Origin: Vezdaea acicularis
Taxonomy: Eukaryota
NCBI GenBank assembly: GCA_026025075.1
Contig: JAPEUI010000153.1
Coordinates: forward strand, 1-34,780
Direction of reading: 5' to 3'
Length of the DNA stretch: 34,780 bases
Shown here in pieces: positions 32,530 through 34,780 of the stretch. The position numbers and the translations under genes are program-made. Below the pieces are notes generated by a model that worked only from the letters and a program-made list of their open reading frames with translations, was not told where the DNA came from and searched no databases. Within the stretch, counting starts at the first letter, position 1. Each line of letters begins with the position of its first letter.

Positions 32530-34270
32530 CTAGTTCAATTTGACATAGTTCCCTAAGTGAGCAGTCAGAACCTTGTGATAAGAGCGGGGTAGAAGGCCTG
32601 GAACAGCCACGAATCTTCAGATCCGACGTACCAGGAAACGATCCTTCTTTTCCATGTATTTTCCCTGTCCACCATTCATTCTCCGTCGCCCCCCTCTGCA
32701 CAACCTCGATTACGTCCCCTGTACTGAAGCTCAGATCGCCCGTCGCCTGGGCCTCGTAATCGTAAAGGGCTGTTGCCGTCTCGATGGGCGCAGTTGGCGC
32801 ACCACTCAGCCTCGCTGGCTTTGGCTTAGGGGGTGGAGGGGCCGCACCTTTTGACTTGGCTGCAGCGCCCCATGCACTTCCTGTTGAGTTCGCTCGGCCT
32901 AGAGACGTGGTATCGGCCGCGCCGAGACCCGAACTGTAGGGTGGAGGGGGGTTGTTCACGAAGTCATGGGTTGCTCTACGGTTCGGAGGGTCTGCTTTGC
33001 CGTTTTCGATGGCGAGGGGACGGGTGGAGCCGGCTCGGCCGTTCTCGATGGCAAGGCGGCCAGCTGCGCCATATTTTGCAGGCCGCCGACCGCCAGTTGT
33101 CTTGTATTTGACTATTGAGAGGGCTTCGGCTTTTTCTTTTATATCCCCGCGCTTGGCGTTGTAGGCTTCTTCTATGTCGAGGGTGAGGTCGAAGTAACCA
33201 ATGTCGATATTTTGCATCTTCTCGTGTAAGGTGTAGAAGACATTTAGTTGCATATAGTAAAAGGACTGGAAAAGGGGCCGTATGAATTCTCGTTCGAGAG
33301 CGAAGAGTTTGGGTAGCTCTTCTTTTAGGAGATCGTTGAAGTAGTTAAAATCTTGCGTTGATTGCTCGACATCATTTTCTGCTTTGTACATTGCTTTCTC
33401 ATCCTTTAGGGTCTTATCTTTTTTGTCTTGAAGCTTCTTCAGTGATGCTCGATGCCTATCATAATCGAGTTGTTTGTGTTGTCGTTTGGTAAGGGATTTC
33501 TGTACTACTTTTATTACTTCTAAAAGTTCTTCCGCTGGCTTGATGACGCGGCTCTCTATCATCTCAAGCTCGGGTTGTAATGTCTCTAGTAGCTCTCGTA
33601 CGATACTCTCATATTCCTCACATGCTCTTATGCCTTCAGGATTGCCCTCTGGTATTATGGAATCAGGGTCGGAGACCCGGCCAGATATCGGTCGGTATAT
33701 TTCTGCGATAGCTTTGGAGAATTCGATTTGGTGATTTAGCATTGCTATGATCCGCCTCAACGCATGCTTTACATATCTCGAACTGCCATTGAAGCTAACC
33801 TTTTATTGCGTCAAAATATCTACGATAGATTAGTGATTAATTCCAAGATGTTCAGCAAAGACTATCTAAGCTCACTTTTTTGACTCGACATGTAAGCGTT
33901 TAGTTTCCTTGATAGCGCAACCTACCGTTAGTCTTCATATCCGAGGCCGTGAGAAGGCGGGCAACATTACGGTCTCGAGCTCTTGAAACCTTCTTTCGGC
34001 ATCAATGTAGACTGCATCTTTGGTGTTGTCGCCCTAATTATCACATAGCGGCTATCAGCGCATTTGCACTGCTTGCGATTGGAGCAGCGAGGAGGAGCTG
34101 CATTTCAGGTGAGATATTTCTCATTTCGTACCACATTGAATCTGGACTTGACTGTTTGAGGTGTCTATATATATTGTCAGCATTGAAGACGCCCCATTCG
34201 CATAAACAAAAGTAGGCCGAGACGGATTACTGACACGAGCAACGCTTTTCGTGAAGCCTTTCCAACTCAT
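32530..34270 (-). CDS. RVS167: Amphiphysin-like BAR-SH3 protein Rvs167, 439 aa
   Basis: Model complement(join(32530..32552,32632..33744,33800..33819,33876..33907,33971..34033,34132..34164,34235..34270)) = 1320 nt. It starts [74 protein letters not shown] (N-BAR), has a PPPPY motif, and ends in the SH3 domain ALYDYEAQATGDLSF...EWWTG...GSFP-GNYVKLN. Confidence 0.95.
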
Positions 34271-34720
34271 TGCTTCCGACTAATGGCCTTGGGAATTTAT
34301 TGCCCGTGCACAAAGCGGAAATATTGAGCTTAACAATTAGTTGCAGTTGTCGCTGACCGGTTGGCTTCGGGAGCGCAATAGGGCTCGTTTGTTCAACGGC
34401 GGGCGGTTGGACGCTCTTTAGACGACGATGACGACTGCAGGATGTGGCGGTGCCTACTGCCGGAACTGAGTAAAACCCCCGATCTGCGGGCAGATGTGTT
34501 TCAGAAACCGAGGTTCCGAGTTTTGAGCAACCGGGCAAACCGATACCAGTGGGTCAGATAAGAACCTTTCAAATCAACAGGCATCACCGGGTACAAAGTA
34601 AAGCTGGCCATTCATAAGGCTCTCCACATCGGATCTTAGAAACACCGAGGTACTGTCACGAACCTACCTTCCCGTGACTTAGCCTGCGACTCGACTGCGC
34701 TTAGCAAGCGCTAGGTATAC

Positions 34721-34730
34721 GTCACGTGAC
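34721..34730. promoter_or_regulatory. Palindromic E-box GTCACGTGAC (bHLH, Cbf1-type site)
   Basis: Perfect 10-bp palindrome about 450 bp upstream of the RVS167 ATG. Confidence 0.4.
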
Positions 34731-34780
34731 CACCGTCATATAGGAAAGCGGGGAAGCACTGTAGAATAGCTCCTTAGTAT

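Noticed and set aside
32501..32631. ORF-track C-terminal extension of RVS167 (GTSDLKIRG...WCWFA)
   Set aside because: Read-through of the last intron. Splicing 32553-32631 restores the SH3 ending PGNYVKLN.
1..34780. tRNA, rRNA, CRISPR arrays, transposase or reverse-transcriptase genes
   Set aside because: None recognised by eye. tRNAscan-SE, Rfam and repeat-library searches would be needed to exclude them formally.

Overview
Eukaryotic genomic DNA from a filamentous ascomycete (Pezizomycotina-type genes, short GT-AG introns with CTRAY branch points). I can build 13 intact protein-coding genes by hand, 12 of them spliced. In order: BRCT (MDC1/Mdb1-like) protein, CsbD/LEA-like stress protein, indoleamine 2,3-dioxygenase, EFM7/NNT1 methyltransferase, Smr-domain protein with a CaaX tail, group I G-alpha (FadA/GNA-1 type), Use1 SNARE, C2H2 zinc-finger transcription factor, KTI12, GPI-anchored wall protein, small Ser-rich conserved protein, F-box protein and RVS167. 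There are also two or three possible gene relics. No rRNA, tRNA, CRISPR array or recognisable transposon was seen. The standout observation is at the 3' end of the G-alpha gene. Its last intron is followed by three tandem, in-phase terminal exons (12330-12379, 12410-12453, 12481-12524), each with its own branch-like motif, AG acceptor and stop codon. They encode three different versions of the alpha5 C-terminal helix, the GPCR-recognition element: [16 protein letters not shown], the canonical [14 protein letters not shown], and DITIQKNMVQSGLI. This suggests a splicing-controlled receptor-specificity switch in a single fungal G-alpha gene. All gene models come from manual reading, with no database or RNA evidence.
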